NCBI GenBank assembly: GCA_951406725.2
Contig: OX597822.1
Coordinates: 27,032,001 to 27,096,000 of the forward strand
DNA: 64,000 bases
Origin: Octopus vulgaris
Taxonomy: Eukaryota
Reading direction: 5' to 3'
The translations under genes and the position numbers were made by a program. Every line of letters begins with the position of its first letter. The stretch's first letter is position 1. This document shows, piece by piece, positions 1 to 13,120 of the stretch. Below the pieces are notes generated by a model. It was not told the DNA's origin. It made no database searches and was given only the letters and a program-made list of their open reading frames with translations.

Positions 1-95
1 ACAAATGGAAAACAGGACAAGTAACATAAAGAACGACCCTTCATCAGTTGTCGGCTGTCTATCTACTCCCCATTTCAAGCATTGAACGACAGATA
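1..95 (-). mobile_element. Putative Penelope-like pLTR/tail fragment (family 1) with GAAA box followed by a downstream CTGATGA box
   Basis: Reverse complement aligns with 42190-42385 and 57900-58105 (GAAA-yGrGGAGTAGA...CCGACAACTGATGAAgGGTC); adjacent to microsatellite. Confidence 0.5.
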
Positions 96-495
96 TACGT
101 ATGTGTAAGTATGTACATATATACACACACACACACAAACCCGTGTGTATACGCATGTATGTATACATACATACAAGTATATATATATATATATATAGAA
201 TCATTTTAAATAATTAAGAAAGACATTCTTTATAATCATTGTTTGTTCTCTACTTTGCCTTTTGTTTGGTGGTTTGTATTATTTTTACAGCTGAACGGGT
301 TTGTTATTGCAGTAGAAACAGGATAGAAACAAAAAGGAAGCAGAAACCAAAATTGACATTGAAGCCGATCTTGTCTATATTAGATATGTAAGCTCTTTCA
401 CTGGAATTTTTTTCTTTAATCAAAATATGATGTTATCTATTGATAATTCGAAACAAAATATTGATTAAACATATTCGGAATTCATTTGTTTATTT

Positions 496-570
496 GTGTA
501 TGTATGTATGTCTGTATGTATGTATGTGTATGTATGTATGTATGTCTGTATGTCTGTATGTATGTATGTG

Positions 571-604
<34 letters not shown>

Positions 605-615
605 TGTATGTACGT
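496..615. repeat. (TATG)n microsatellite
   Basis: Direct tandem TATG/TGTA units. Confidence 0.95.
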
Positions 616-790
616 ATTTACGTACGCCTGCAAATACGTATATAGATATATATCAAATATATATATATGTAAAATAATATTTGTATACGTGTATAATACA
701 AGCACAAAAGCGTATGTATAATACACACACTCCCCCCCACACACATGCCAGGAACAATTGTAGAATAATAGTTGTATGTGTGAATGCATG

Positions 791-827
<37 letters not shown>

Positions 828-935
828 GTGCTCATGCATGCATACATCCATACATAGATGCATACACACACATACATACGCGCGTAATATTTACATAATA
901 CTTACATACATACATTTATATATATGTATGTATAT

Positions 936-1110
936 GGAGGCGCAATGGCCCAGTGTTTAGGGCAGCGGATTCGCGGTCATAGGGTCGCGGTTTCGATTCC
1001 CAGACCGGGCGTTGTGAGTGTTTATTGAGCGAAAACATCTAAAGCTCCATTAGGCTCCGCCAGGGGTGGTGGTGATCCCTGCTGCACTCTTTCACCACAA
1101 CTCTCTCTCG
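936..1110 (+). mobile_element. tRNA-derived SINE (family A), 3'-truncated
   Basis: Head GGAGGCGCAATGGCCCAGTG..TAG (A box) and GGTTTCGATTCCC (B box); near-identical to 38867-39150. Confidence 0.85.
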
Positions 1111-1195
1111 CCCTTTTGGTACTAAGCTGCAATAATTTGGTACTTTTTTGAAATCTTTTCGTTTTATGTAAAAATGTAAGTTTACAGCATATGTA

Positions 1196-2482
1196 CGAGG
1201 GGCATTCAATAAGTAATGCCCCTGACCCACTTGCACTTGTTTGATCTAGCTGAAATTTTGCATGTGCAATTATTTATATCTCTATAGATTAAGTGGAAAA
1301 TTACACCTCTGAACTAATTGTGGTTTCTGATTTACAGGTGTTTGAACTGAGTCAAGTGTGAAATGGAGCCTGTTGAGTGTCGAGCAGTGATTCGGTTTTT
1401 GTATTTGAAAGGACTCACACCACAGGAGACTTTTGATGAAATGAAAGTAACTTATGGTGATGATGCCATCATATGACCTTGTAAAACGCTGGCATCGTGA
1501 ATTCAAACATGGTCGGAACTCTGTGGAAACAGCTCCCAGATCTGGTCGCCCCCTTCTGCCATTGATGAGGCATCTGTCCGTCAAGTTGAGGCTGCCATTT
1601 TGGAAGATCGACGCATAACTATTCGCCAAATAGCCCATGAGGTCAAGATTAGTACCGGGTCTGTGGAAACTATCATTCATGACCATTTGCATATGAAAAA
1701 GGTGTCTGCCAGATGGATTCCCAGGTTGCTCACACCTTTCCAGAAGCAAGAATGCGTCGATTGCTCGAGGATGAATTTGGAGATGTGCCAAGAAAATGAG
1801 TCAAATTTTTCAAAAGACTGATTACACAGGATGAAACCTGGGTCCATCACTATGATCCAGAGACCAAAGCCAGTCAATGCAGTGGAAGCACCGTGACTCA
1901 CCTCCTCCAAAGAAGGCAAGGGTGCAGCCCTCCGCTGTCAAGGTCAGGCTCACAGTCTTCTGGGACCAGGACGGAGTAGTGATGACAGATTTCCTGGCAA
2001 AGGGTGTCACAATTACAGGAGTCTATTATGCTTCACTTTTGAGGAAATTAAGAGAAGCTATCAAAATCAAGAGGCGGGGCAAGATCAGCAAAGGCATCCC
2101 CCTCCTGCAGGACAACGCTCCGATCCACAACTCGCGTGTCGCCAGATCAGAAGCACAGGCGTATGGCTATGAACTCCTCCCCCATCCCCCTACTTTCCTG
2201 ACCTTGCACCCTCTGATTTTCACCTCTTCCCAGCCATGAAGTTGTTTTTGAAAGGAAAGCGTTTCCCAGATGATGCAGTCTTGATTTCTGAAGTCACGTC
2301 GTGGTTGGAGGACCAAGATGGGGTCTTCTACAAAAATGGTCTTCAGAGCTGCATCAAACGATGGGTGAAATGCGTAACTCTGGGTGGTTCCTATGTAGAA
2401 AAAGACTAATAACTGTGCCAAGTTTCGTTGCTCTACTGCTATGGGAAGTGGGCCAGGGGCATTACTTATTGAACGCCCCTCG
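1196..2482 (+). mobile_element. Full-length (about 1.29 kb) mariner transposon
   Basis: About 37-bp TIRs (CGAGGGGCATTCAATAAGTAATGCCCCTGACCCACTT / AAGTGGGCCAGGGGCATTACTTATTGAACGCCCCTCG), TA at 1194-1195 and 2483-2484. Confidence 0.97.
1363..2409 (+). pseudogene. Mariner D,D34D-type transposase, frameshifted
   Basis: Across frames: MEPVECRAVIRFLYLKG..., KKVSARWIPRLLT, ITQDETWVHHYDPETK, VFWDQDGV, LQDNAPIH, PDLAPSDFHLFP. Several frameshifts split it into the short ORFs of the track. Confidence 0.95.
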
Positions 2483-2744
2483 TAAGTGAACAATGTAACA
2501 ATAAAGACATTACATTACAATTGGATTAACAATTTTATATTAAAATCTATTTTGCGGCATTTTTTAAGGAGGCAGATTATATCTAATTGGTAGCTAGTTG
2601 GTATGTACGTGTATCATAGTACTATCCAATATCACCGGGTTGCCGCCTCTAATGCCAGTCAGTAGCATGTTTTATACATAAGTGACAAGTGATTCCTTAC
2701 TATCTCGTTAGACTTTTATCAATTATGAGAGATTTATAACCCTC

Positions 2745-4688
2745 ATGATGAGCAAGAATACGAAAGATTCTCGATTTTCATCTTGGTTAGAACCAAGTAA
2801 AACAAATATCGAAAGAGCATACTGTAAATTTTGTCGTTATGAAATTCAAGGCACTGTAATTCAGCTGGAGAAGCACGGGAAAACGAAAAACGTATTAAAA
2901 ATGTTAATTCAGAAAAGACCGACATTTTGCAGTCTACAACTTCTGTTCCTGTTACAAACGTAGCAGCTGCCGAGCTTAAGCTTTGTTCCTTCATTGCAGA
3001 ACATAACTTATCAGTGAGACTTATGGATCATTTACCTGGACTAATTTAGAATGCATGTCCTGATTCCAAAATAGCTAGAGATATTAAATGTGCAAGAACC
3101 AGAGCTACTCAAATATATAAAAATGCTTTCGGCCCTTTATTACTTTGAAAACCTCATTAAACATTTCAAAGAGCGCAAGTTTTCGTTAATTGTTGATGAA
3201 ACTTCTGATGTAAGTACACAAATCAGCTTGTTCTGTTAGCTAGATTTTATGATCGTAGCACTCAAAAATTTATTCATAGTTATTTAAATCTTTTGGAAGC
3301 CAAAGATTGCTCTGCTAATGGAATTTTTTCTTCTATTGAAAAATTCTTCACCTTAAATGATATTCCTTTTGAAAATTTGATAGGATTTACCAGTGACAAT
3401 GCTAGTGTAAATAATGGGACAGAAGGGCGGTGTGTAGGTATTACTGAAGAACAAAGTTTCCTCTCTCTTTATTCAGGGTCGTGTCTGTCACTCTGTGCAT
3501 ATCTGTACATCAAAGGTATGTTTAGAATTACCTTCATATTTAGAAGAACTTGCTAGAAGCATATTTTAATTCCTCACAAATAGCCCAAAGAGACTGCAGG
3601 AATATAAAGAATGTCAGGCATTTACTCAAACAAATCCTCAAATTATTACTTGTAAGTTGCTCAAGGTGGCTATCTGTAGAACACGTTGTCGAAAGAATAC
3701 TAGAACAGCGGTCTGCTCTAGTGTTATTCTTTACTACTGCTGCTATTGAAGATAACAACTGCAGCTTCAAATGTGATGAATTCATTAACAAATCCAATCA
3801 CATAGATATATTATGCATTTATAGCATATATTTTGCCAGATATTATTAAGTTGAACTTGGATTTCCAATCAGATAGCTATAGAATTCACAAACTGCACGA
3901 ATCTATCACATTTGCTGTTATGGGAATACTTGGTAATTTTGTTAAAAAATAAATTGTGAAAAATAAAGAGCTACATGAAATTAACATCAATGATCCAACA
4001 GTGTATCTTCCCATAACTGAAATTTACATGGGAGCGAAAGTTGAAAGCATCTACATAAAGAAAGCTTCATATATTAGTACAACTGAATTGAAACAATTTC
4101 ATGTGAAAACATTAAATTTTTATGTGCTCCTCGGGAAGGAATGGTTTCAGCGCTTCTTTGCACATGATTTCTTCTGAAATCTGAAGCTTCAAGAGGTACT
4201 ACACCCAGCTAGTATTCGTGATTGCAATGGTCCAAGTTCAACTGTTCCTCTGGCATGCAAATTCCCAAATATTGTTCAGGAGAGTCAGATTGAAGCTCTT
4301 AAAGAATAAAGAGAACTTAAACTTCCAAGGTAACAATGACATAACTGAAGCTACCAAACCAGATTATTGGTATAAAATTTCTAAGGAAAAATGTGGCAAT
4401 GAAGTTCGTTATCCGATCCTGTGATGCTTTATGTTTCAACTCATATCATTGCCACATCCTTCAGCTGCAGCCGAGAGAATATTTTCAGTCCTAAATAACA
4501 TTAAAGTCAAGAATAGGTCTAAACTGTATACCCAAACAGTCAATGCTCTGCTCCATTCACAAAGTCTTCTTCATGATGTAAACTGCACAACTTATACACC
4601 CGATGCAGAGATTTGTGCTAAATTAAAAGAAGGACAAGGACATTGGTACAAAGAGGAACCTCACCCTGTTGACGATGCACCCTTTTAA
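2745..4688 (+). pseudogene. hAT transposase (BED-type zinc finger, DDE core, hATC dimerisation motif), disrupted
   Basis: AYCKFC...LEKHGKT zinc finger; FSLIVDETSDVST; IGFTSDNAS; VCHSVH; SRWLS; LPHPSAAAERIFS..LNNIK..NRSKL. Stops and frameshifts throughout. Confidence 0.9.
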
Positions 4689-4869
4689 TCATAAAGTAAG
4701 TACATAAAATATGTGTAGGTCACTTTAAAATAAAGCCCTGTATATTATAAATGATATATACTATGCATTTCAATATTACAAATTTAAATTTTGGCACTTT
4801 TTGAGCAAAATCTGGTACTTTTATTTTGGTTAATTTGGTACTTTCATCAAAATACATTTGACAAGCCTG

Positions 4870-5040
4870 GTTATGTGGCCAGATGTTAAGGGTGATGTGG
4901 TCGCAGAAATTGTCTGGCAGTCATGACTGGGTTGTTCCGCTTGTGTGGCATGGTGCAGAGTCCTGTTGCCAGACATAGGGTCTTCCAACAGCCACTCTCT
5001 TGACCCAGGGCAGCACTACCTCCTCCAGACACTTGATTTA
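4870..5040 (-). pseudogene. Tc1-like transposase fragment
   Basis: Minus strand reads IKCLEEVVLPWVKRVAVGRPYVWQQDSAPCHTS...NIWP; homologous to 54195-54645. Confidence 0.85.
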
Positions 5041-6500
5041 GGCCTCGTTATTATGGCAAAAGTCCAGATACTTATTGATCGGACCTCGTATATTGGGGAT
5101 CTGTGTATTGGGTGTGCTACCACCGCTGATGTTTCTGTTCCTGGACGTAAATATTAGTATGCAAATCTAAGTATATGTAAGCATGTTTAGGTATATACTT
5201 ATGCATTTGTATATCAAGACAAATATATGTGCGTGTACGTGTACTTATATACACACTCGATGAGTGTGTGCGTGCAGGCATATGTAAATGTATATGCAAA
5301 TATTTGTATGTATATTTATGCGTAGACAGTTAACTATGTTCGTGAGGATTCATTGATATATGCTTTAAAATTCTATACAGCAACTGTAGCGAAAAATAGC
5401 AGTGGAGGTACAATTAGACGACACCAAAATTTAACAGTTGAATAAGAATTACAGTGTAGGTATCCCGAGATATACTGCACCTCCCTTAACAAATTTTATA
5501 AAACATCTTTAGAGAATTTAGGTATAAATATTTTATCAATTAGGTCCATCAAGAGCTTTTATAAATCAGGGTATTATGGAATTGTAAAACAAGCAGGTAC
5601 AGGACATCTAGTGACGCGACTAATGAATGAGCAATAAACAAATAATCGTCTCTAGTAAAAACAGGACACGGCTTAGCAAAATAGGTTGCAATTATATAAT
5701 TGATATATATATAGAGAATGCCTGCTGATTTGGCTACTGAATTAAAATAACAAATGATATAGAGATAAGAAATTTCATTAAAAAAGTCTTCTAGATAACA
5801 AGAACTGAAAGATGATATTTAGAATAAAGCAAGGAGAACAAGAACGACGAAGTAATGAGAAATAGAAAGACAACGAATTGGTAAATGAAACGAGGACTAT
5901 CATATATAACGCTTTAATAATACTACACTATAAACCAGCCTTACATTTGTATGTATGTCGATGCTTGTACTTGATTATGCGTGTATTTGAGTGCGTACGC
6001 CTATATATGTGTTTGTGTACAGGTGTTTGTTAAGAATTAAATAACAGAAAGGATAAAGCATTGGACTACCATTTTGTAAATGGTTAATTCATAAACATTT
6101 ACCTCATTTTATTAAGTGAGTCGATGTATTATGTTCAAGGACATGGTTATATATTATGCTTCTGGGCAAGTTTTATGTATTATGCCTCTTGGAAGGCCTA
6201 CTACATAACACCATTCGAACCAATGAAGGAGGATTTATACCCTTGTCCGATCTGCTATAGATAGCAACTTTATTTACCTTAAGGGACATCCTACCATTTC
6301 AAAAATATTGAAATACCACTGGACACTGAAGATGGTTGTTGTCCTCCTTCTCCTTCCCCAAAGGCGAAATGTCCACGATTGGGACGATTTCTTTTACTTG
6401 ATCACGGCTGATCTGGGATTAAATATTAATCTTCGTCGCTAAAATCTCAGTCATTATGATCTCATGAGGCCGTGACCGTAGTGACGTCACACACAATATT

Positions 6501-6711
6501 GGTTTCAGATTTTGGCACAAGGCCAGAAATTTTTGGGAAGAGGGTAAGTCGATTACATAGACCCCAGTGATCAGCTGGTACTTATTTTATCGACCCCTTA
6601 AGGATGAAAGACAAAGTCGACCTCGGCTAATTTGAACTCAGAACGTGAAGACGGACGAAATCCTGCTAAGGATTTTGCCCACCGTGTTAACGATTCTGCC
6701 AGCTCACTGCC
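6501..6711 (-). mobile_element. tRNA-derived SINE (family N)
   Basis: Reverse complement of the head GGCAGTGAGCTGGCAGAATCGTTA and the central GTCGACTTTG.CTTTCATCCTT..GGGGTCGATAAA..AAGTACCAG block shared with 10062-10643. Confidence 0.85.
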
Positions 6712-9209
6712 TTAAAATATCGCATGAACTATTATTTGAAATGGGATATCAGAAGAATCAGAAGAGCAGTAAACACTATTCATGCAGTGTATAGTTTCTC
6801 CGCTTGGCGTTGTGGTTTCGAATCACATAAGTTTCGTTCTTGCTCAATCCGGGATTAATAAGAGAAATACCAGTCTGTTACTGGGGTCAGTATAATCGAC
6901 CATATCCTTTTCTACAAAAGGGAAACATCGAGTCTTTGTTTGAAGTGAATATTTGTGTATTTGGTGGAATAATTTATCTATTTTTGAAAGTGTCTTTAGA
7001 TGTGTGTTGGTTTTACAATATATTGAATTTCGATGAATGTTTCTAAATAAAATTAGACTTCAAACTTCGCCCAGCACTGAATTTCGGCCACTACATCCTC
7101 ATCATTAGTATAAATAAATGAATTTATCTCTTTTCTTCCCATTCTATTTGTCCTGGTAATATTTATACAGAAACACGATAGTTGCTTTGAAATTATAAGC
7201 TTTATATTCTTAACCCAACCGTTGTGATACAAAGAATAGAAAGAGAGAGGGTGAGATAGGAGGTGAGAAAGAGAGAGAGAGAGCAGTACGTAGAGAGGGA
7301 AGAGAGAAAGAGACAGAGAGAGAGCGGTACTTAGAGGGGGAAAGAGAGAGAGAGAGAGCAATAATAAATTCAGCACCAGCTTGAACTACATTGAAGAAAA
7401 GAATAAAATTAAATAAATAACTTGCAGAAAATAATCAATCGTGTGGAATATGTAAAAGGCATGTCCCCTATACAAGTATATCTTACCATTATCGGATCGG
7501 CAACAGATGTTTAAAACTGGTGCTCATGTTTCATTCTTATCAAATGTATATAATAACGCAGTACTTTTGTTTGCATCTGTTTTGCATATATTATTGCGGC
7601 TGTTGTGGTGTTTTTAAAACAGGAAAATATTTGTACAGTATTGTAATTTGATATACCTTCATAATAAATGCAATTGTTGAGGGTGTTATACTGTAGCTGT
7701 AGGTTATTGATAGGCCGAATTAATGACCTGGCTTCGACCTTCACAGTCATTTTTATCATTTCATATGGTGAAGCTTCTCAATTTAACAATTTGTCTTGCT
7801 GTTTTAACATAAAATTCTGAGAAATCATTAATCATACTGTAAACAATTAAAGCAGACAATGAATGTAAAATACAGATAAGCTACAAGTGAGACGAGTCTG
7901 CGACCTGGCTTTCGATTCTTAGTTGTAGCAATTTAACTTTTTTCCTTTCTATAATGAATCTGAAAAAGACATGAAAGGTTACGAGTATTTGATAGTCTCT
8001 TATCGTTAGATTAAAGATATCGTACTTAGAAACGAAATCAGTGTTTATGAGAAATGCATATCAGAGCTTTTCAAAGAAGTATAAAAATCTGGGTAATCGA
8101 GATTTATAATATTCAATGATCGATGTATCAATTTCGGATTGTGTCACTTGATAAGTATACCATGATCGAACCACACCAGTGTCAATTTAGTGGCCCACGG
8201 TACGTAAAATAAATAGCAGTAATACTTCAACTGGTTAAGCTATTTTTGTTCTGCGTCTGGTCTCAACCAACTATGAGAAATAACTGTTGCTAGATAAACT
8301 GGATCAGTGAAAGTTACGTTGCCTTTTTGAGCTATTGGAGACGTCGACATGCGGATTTTCAAATTGAATATCAAATGAATCGAATCGATTTTGTCAGTCA
8401 TAGAGGGCCTACATGGTTCATGGAATGAAGTTGATTGGAAAGGAAACACCCAAGGGCCTGGTGGGAGAGTTAAATCAGACGATGATTTATGCTTAGCATT
8501 GAAGAACAAGACTGTTCCGTCTGACGAAATTACGCATAGATTCCATTCTCCAAAATTTCACTCACAGGGATTTCGTGTTCTCGTGACTATTGCAGAATAC
8601 ACTTATCCAGGTAGCACACAATAGGTAGGAACTCGAAACAATGTAGCCCTGATGCAAACCACACGCATATGCCCGCGCTTAACCACACGAATATGCCTGC
8701 GCTTAAACGTTGAAACACAGATACATATCATACTGATGTGTTTAGACTATACAAAAGGAACGGATCAAATGAGTGGATCAGATGAGCATAAATAAAATAA
8801 CGTACCACTTATTCATATTTCGAGGTGTAGAAGATAAAGGGAAATTTCTTTCCACTGAAATTAAATTATGTTCTAGGGACATTCACTCCTTAATTCAGAA
8901 GTCACGCTAAATGTTAATACTATTAGTTCTCTTGTACGAGATATCTAGGTCTTGGCGTAGTAGACTACCCAACTAATCATTAAACTAATTTGCTACTTCA
9001 GTTATGTTATCATATTTTCCACATCTCGGTAATTTTACGGGAACTATTTAGTACTAAATGTGTTATTAGATGTAAGAAAATCGGGTTTCATTTTCGTCAA
9101 GAACACTACACTACTCCATTGATAGTTTGATACAGTTTGTGTCCCTTCTCAGTATATATTGATAACAGATACACAGCTTATATACAGTAATAATTGGTAT
9201 ATTTAGTAA

Positions 9210-9593
9210 CTAGCATTGCTCGGGTTTGTAAGGGAAATAACTATATAAGCATTTTTAGAGAGTTATAGCCAAAAAATAGCAAAAAAATGCATTAAAAATG
9301 GAAAAAAAATGATGTAAATTTTTTTTAAATCGTTGACTCATCGTAGACATTTTTAGAGAGTTACTTCCCTTATATAATAGCAAAAAAATGCATTAAAATG
9401 GAAAAAAAATGATGGTAAATTTTTTAAAAAATCGTAGACGCATCGTAGACGCGCGCTAATACCCAGAAGGGCTCGATATGAATCGCGATTATAAGATACC
9501 CGGTTTTGGTTAAACTGCACCGCAAAATGTGGGAGTAGTTAGGAATCTAAATCGTAGGAGACAGACACACAACTTGACTTTTATATATAAAGA
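9210..9593 (-). mobile_element. Non-autonomous Helitron-like element
   Basis: Minus strand starts 5'-TCTTTATATATAAAAG and ends CTAG-3', inserted between A and T with no TSD; internal about 100-bp direct duplication (9240-9345 / 9345-9445). Confidence 0.75.
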
Positions 9594-10061
9594 TTTCAGC
9601 GTGTATTAAAAGATCAACGTCATCAGTTATTATTAGTGACGTCAAAAGTGAATTATGTCTGTTAGTCAGCACTAACATATAAAAATCACAAGAAGTTAGT
9701 TAACAATTTTTCCGATTACACTCATTAAGGATTATTAATAGTATAATGCAGCATTCATATTCTGTATAATAACATTTTGAAATTAAATACCTCGAATTAT
9801 TAGTTTTTTTCTCTTTTCTTTTTTCTAGTTCATTAAATTATTGAAACATGATTAGCTTTTGGTTGTTATATGTTGAAGCCATTAAGACAATTGCCGGCAG
9901 GTATACATTTCACACTACCATGCATGCAATAGAAGTTGATTATAAAGGTTGAACAGCCTAAAGAGTTAAATCGAAGACAAGGTGATTTATAGTAAAAATA
10001 GCCATTTTCAGTCATTACGAACACTACCACTTGCTTAGATTTAGTTAACGGCAATAACACA

Positions 10062-10643
10062 GGCGGTGAGCTGGCAGAGAGGTTAGCTCGCCGGGCGAAA
10101 TGCTTAGCCGTATTTCGTCCGCCGTTACGTTCTGAGTTCAAATTCCGCCGAGGTCGACTTTGCCTTTCATCCTTTCGGGGTCGATAAATTAAGTACCAGT
10201 TAAGCACTGGGGTCGATGTAATCGACTTAATACCTATGTCTGTCCTTGTTTGTCCCATCTGTTTAGCCCCTTGTGGGTAATTAAGAAACAGGTATTTCGT
10301 CTGTCTTTACGTTCTGATTTCAAATTCCGCGGAGGTCGACTTTGCCTTTCATCCTTTCGGGGTCGATAAACTAAGTACCAGTTACGTCCTGGGGTCGATA
10401 TAATCGACTTAATCCGTTTGTTTGTCTCCTCTGTGTTTAGCCCCTTGTGGGTAGTAAAGAAATAGGTATTTCGTTTGTCTTTACGTTCTCAGTTCAAATT
10501 TCGTCGCGGTCGACTCTGCCTTTCATCCTTTCGGGGTCGATAAATTAAGTACCAGTTAAGTACCAGATATAATCGACTTAATCCGTTTGTCTGTCCTTGT
10601 TTGTCCTCTCTGTGTTTAGCCCCTTGTGGGTAGTAAAGAAATA
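10062..10643 (+). mobile_element. SINE family N, one head plus three tandem body units
   Basis: Three copies of the about 175-bp body; flanked by 12-bp TSD GGCAATAACACA (10050-10061, 10644-10655). Confidence 0.9.
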
Positions 10644-11784
10644 GGCAATAACACATGAACTAAGACAAGGACGTTGAATACTTTTAGTGAAGACAATCGA
10701 ACCCTTCCAAAAATTTTATTATAATTCCTATATTGAGGCAATCTAGCTTTTATACATTTTATCTCTTGACTTCTATTTGAATCTATTCGCGAAAGCATTT
10801 AAAGTTTAGGGATACGTATCTAGGGACCATTATGACAGAATGTTAAAACTCAAGGGATTTGACATTTAATTTATGTTTGATTTGTTGTTCGATGTTATCC
10901 TCTGTTACCTTACCGAAGTGAGGTTAGCAGCTTATGACGGGAATTCGCTCCTAGATCAAAAAGTGTTTGAAATTCTAATACGTTTCAAACAAATGCAGTT
11001 TATATTATGTCAGTTAATATCGAATTTCAGCTGAATTGATGGTTTAGCCTTCAGGCAGTTATTTGAGTATCATTTGTTTCTTTTAAGTCAGCATATTCCG
11101 TTTTTGTTTTATTAATCATTTACTAGATAAATTTTCACAATGTTTCAGAACAGTCTATGAATAAATCAAGTTTATATAGTTATTTATAGCTTTTGTGACA
11201 GTGGCCTCTTAATTCAAAACCAGAATTGTTTGTCTTATTGGAAATGTATCATTACTGTCAGTTTGAGGTCATATATCTTCTCCCCGTCTGTTGGTAACAA
11301 GCTTTGTTTTGTGAAAAGCCAGCGTGTTATAGCTAAGAAAGACTGTGCATGCCATCGTTTGTATTAATGCATGCATATATTTCCATGTGTGCGTGCATGT
11401 ATTAGCATGTGTGCATGCATGTATTTCCACGTGTGCTTGCATGTATATACACGTGAATTGTCGAGTATTTGTATTTACGATACCTTTATTTTTGTTATAG
11501 ACAATGTCAACGACATTAGTTTATCGATAAAACTATTTTTATGTAATATGCGGTGTAGAAGCAGATATAAGTTCTCTTGATAAACGATTTTGGAGAATCT
11601 GAGAGTTTACCAACGATAAGATTGCGTTGTTAGGGATGCAACAGCGTTTGAAGTACTCTAAGGTTACGCATACATTATGGTGAACATATTGAAATCAGAG
11701 AAAACCCCAAGAGAAATAAATTCGATAGAGTAGGTAGAAATAAAACCTTTTTAGTACCTTTACTATGTCACAGAGTTTTATATC

Positions 11785-12200
11785 TTCTATCTTGTATCTT
11801 TTACGTGTTTCAGTTTTTAGACAGCACCCGAACTGGGGTATCTCCTTGAAGGGTTGGTTGAGCAAATCGATTCCTGTACTTATTTTTTAAAAGTCTAGTA
11901 CTTTTTTTATCGGTCTCGTTAACTTACGGGTCATAAACAAACCAACACCGGTTGTCAAGCGATCGTATGGGACAAACACAGAAGCACATGGTTGCGCACA
12001 CATATACACATGCGGGCGCGCACACACACACACGCGCACAAAACACGAGTATATATACACGCCGGGCTTTTTTTAGTTTCCGCCTTCCAAATCAACTTAC
12101 AAGGACCGGGGCTATAGTGGGAGAAACTTACTCTGGGACTGAACGCAAGACCACATGGGTGGGAATGAAAGTTGTAACCACATGGCCTTGTCTACGCCAG
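11785..12200 (-). mobile_element. SINE family C, diverged
   Basis: Matches the ACGGGCT..TTTCAGTTTCCG.CT.CCAAATC and AAACAAACCAACACCGGTTGTCAAGCG blocks of the other copies. Confidence 0.7.
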
Positions 12201-12499
12201 TACGTACATACATATACACACAAAAATACATTTACACACACACATACACGCACATATACATACATATATATATGACTATGAATATATCTATATAAATATA
12301 GTAAAAAAGTACTCGATAAAAAGAGTACAGTGTAGTTGCCGTGCAGAATGGAAAATTCAATGTTTCTGACTTAGTCCTTCAAGAGAAAAGTCAAAAGGAG
12401 AGAAGATAATGAGACACAAAAGAGTTTTACATTCTCTAAGTTAAAAAAACAAACTGGCTGCATTCCTTTCAAAATTTGTTGATGTTGTTATTATTATTA

Positions 12500-13020
12500 T
12501 TGAGCGAGAGAGCAGTGCATGCCATCAAAGTGACACTGGGGTAAAATATACGAAGCCCAGTATACCCATCATGACTACCCGTCTGATAAGGGTACACTAG
12601 GCACATGCATCACAACCATATAAGCGCGACATGGTGATCTCATATCAAGATAAACAGCACATGACCTTGTAGGTGGGACCCAGTTAAAATTTTCTTCTGG
12701 TCAAGTAGCCCATCCCGCTCAAAAGGTCCCTGAATAAGGGTTGTTTAAAGATGTTGAACGAAACATCCATGTTTCCAAGGGTGAATTATTCAAACCCCAA
12801 AGAATTCCTCTCAACACATGGCTATGATGCTCCCCCACTACTTCTGCTCATGATCAGAGATGCACATATCGTCAGCCACTAAGGGACATGCTCAACTGGA
12901 TAGGGTCAAACAACTGACAAGCAAATCTGTGGTATTGAGCAGAATATTTGCTGTAGCTCATCTTTTATACCAAGACAAAAGAATGTACATGATAACACTT
13001 CCAATCAGTTAAGATCAGTT
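12500..13020 (-). mobile_element. Interspersed repeat bounded by (ATT)n, probably a LINE 3' fragment
   Basis: Higher-GC block embedded between (TTA)n tracts; no clear ORF; class inferred only. Confidence 0.4.
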
Positions 13021-13035
13021 TTATTATTATCATCA

Positions 13036-13099
<64 letters not shown>

Positions 13100-13120
13100 C
13101 ATTATTATTATTATTATTAT
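13021..13120. repeat. (ATT)n microsatellite, tail or target of the adjacent R4-like LINE
   Basis: Tandem ATT units. Confidence 0.95.

Larger units (their letters stand above)
1112..4869 (+). mobile_element. Decayed hAT-superfamily DNA transposon; left terminus lost; interrupted by a mariner
   Basis: Right end ...TTGACAAGCCTG (rc CAGGCTTGTCAA). Subterminal TTGGTACT motifs at 1116-1145 and 4790-4842. Internal hAT transposase remnants. Confidence 0.8.

Noticed and set aside
936-1010. tRNA genes here and at 33881 and 38867
   Set aside because: A/B boxes continue into shared SINE bodies and no acceptor stem closes.
1282-1791. 169-aa minus-strand ORF
   Set aside because: Antisense shadow of the mariner transposase.
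5400-5930. Possible GIY-YIG C-terminus of a Penelope ORF (minus strand ..KIFIPKF..)
   Set aside because: The match covers only a few residues in AT-rich sequence, with no supporting motifs.
10062-10643. CRISPR-like or bacterial repeat array
   Set aside because: Units are about 175-bp SINE bodies without unique spacers; the context is eukaryotic.
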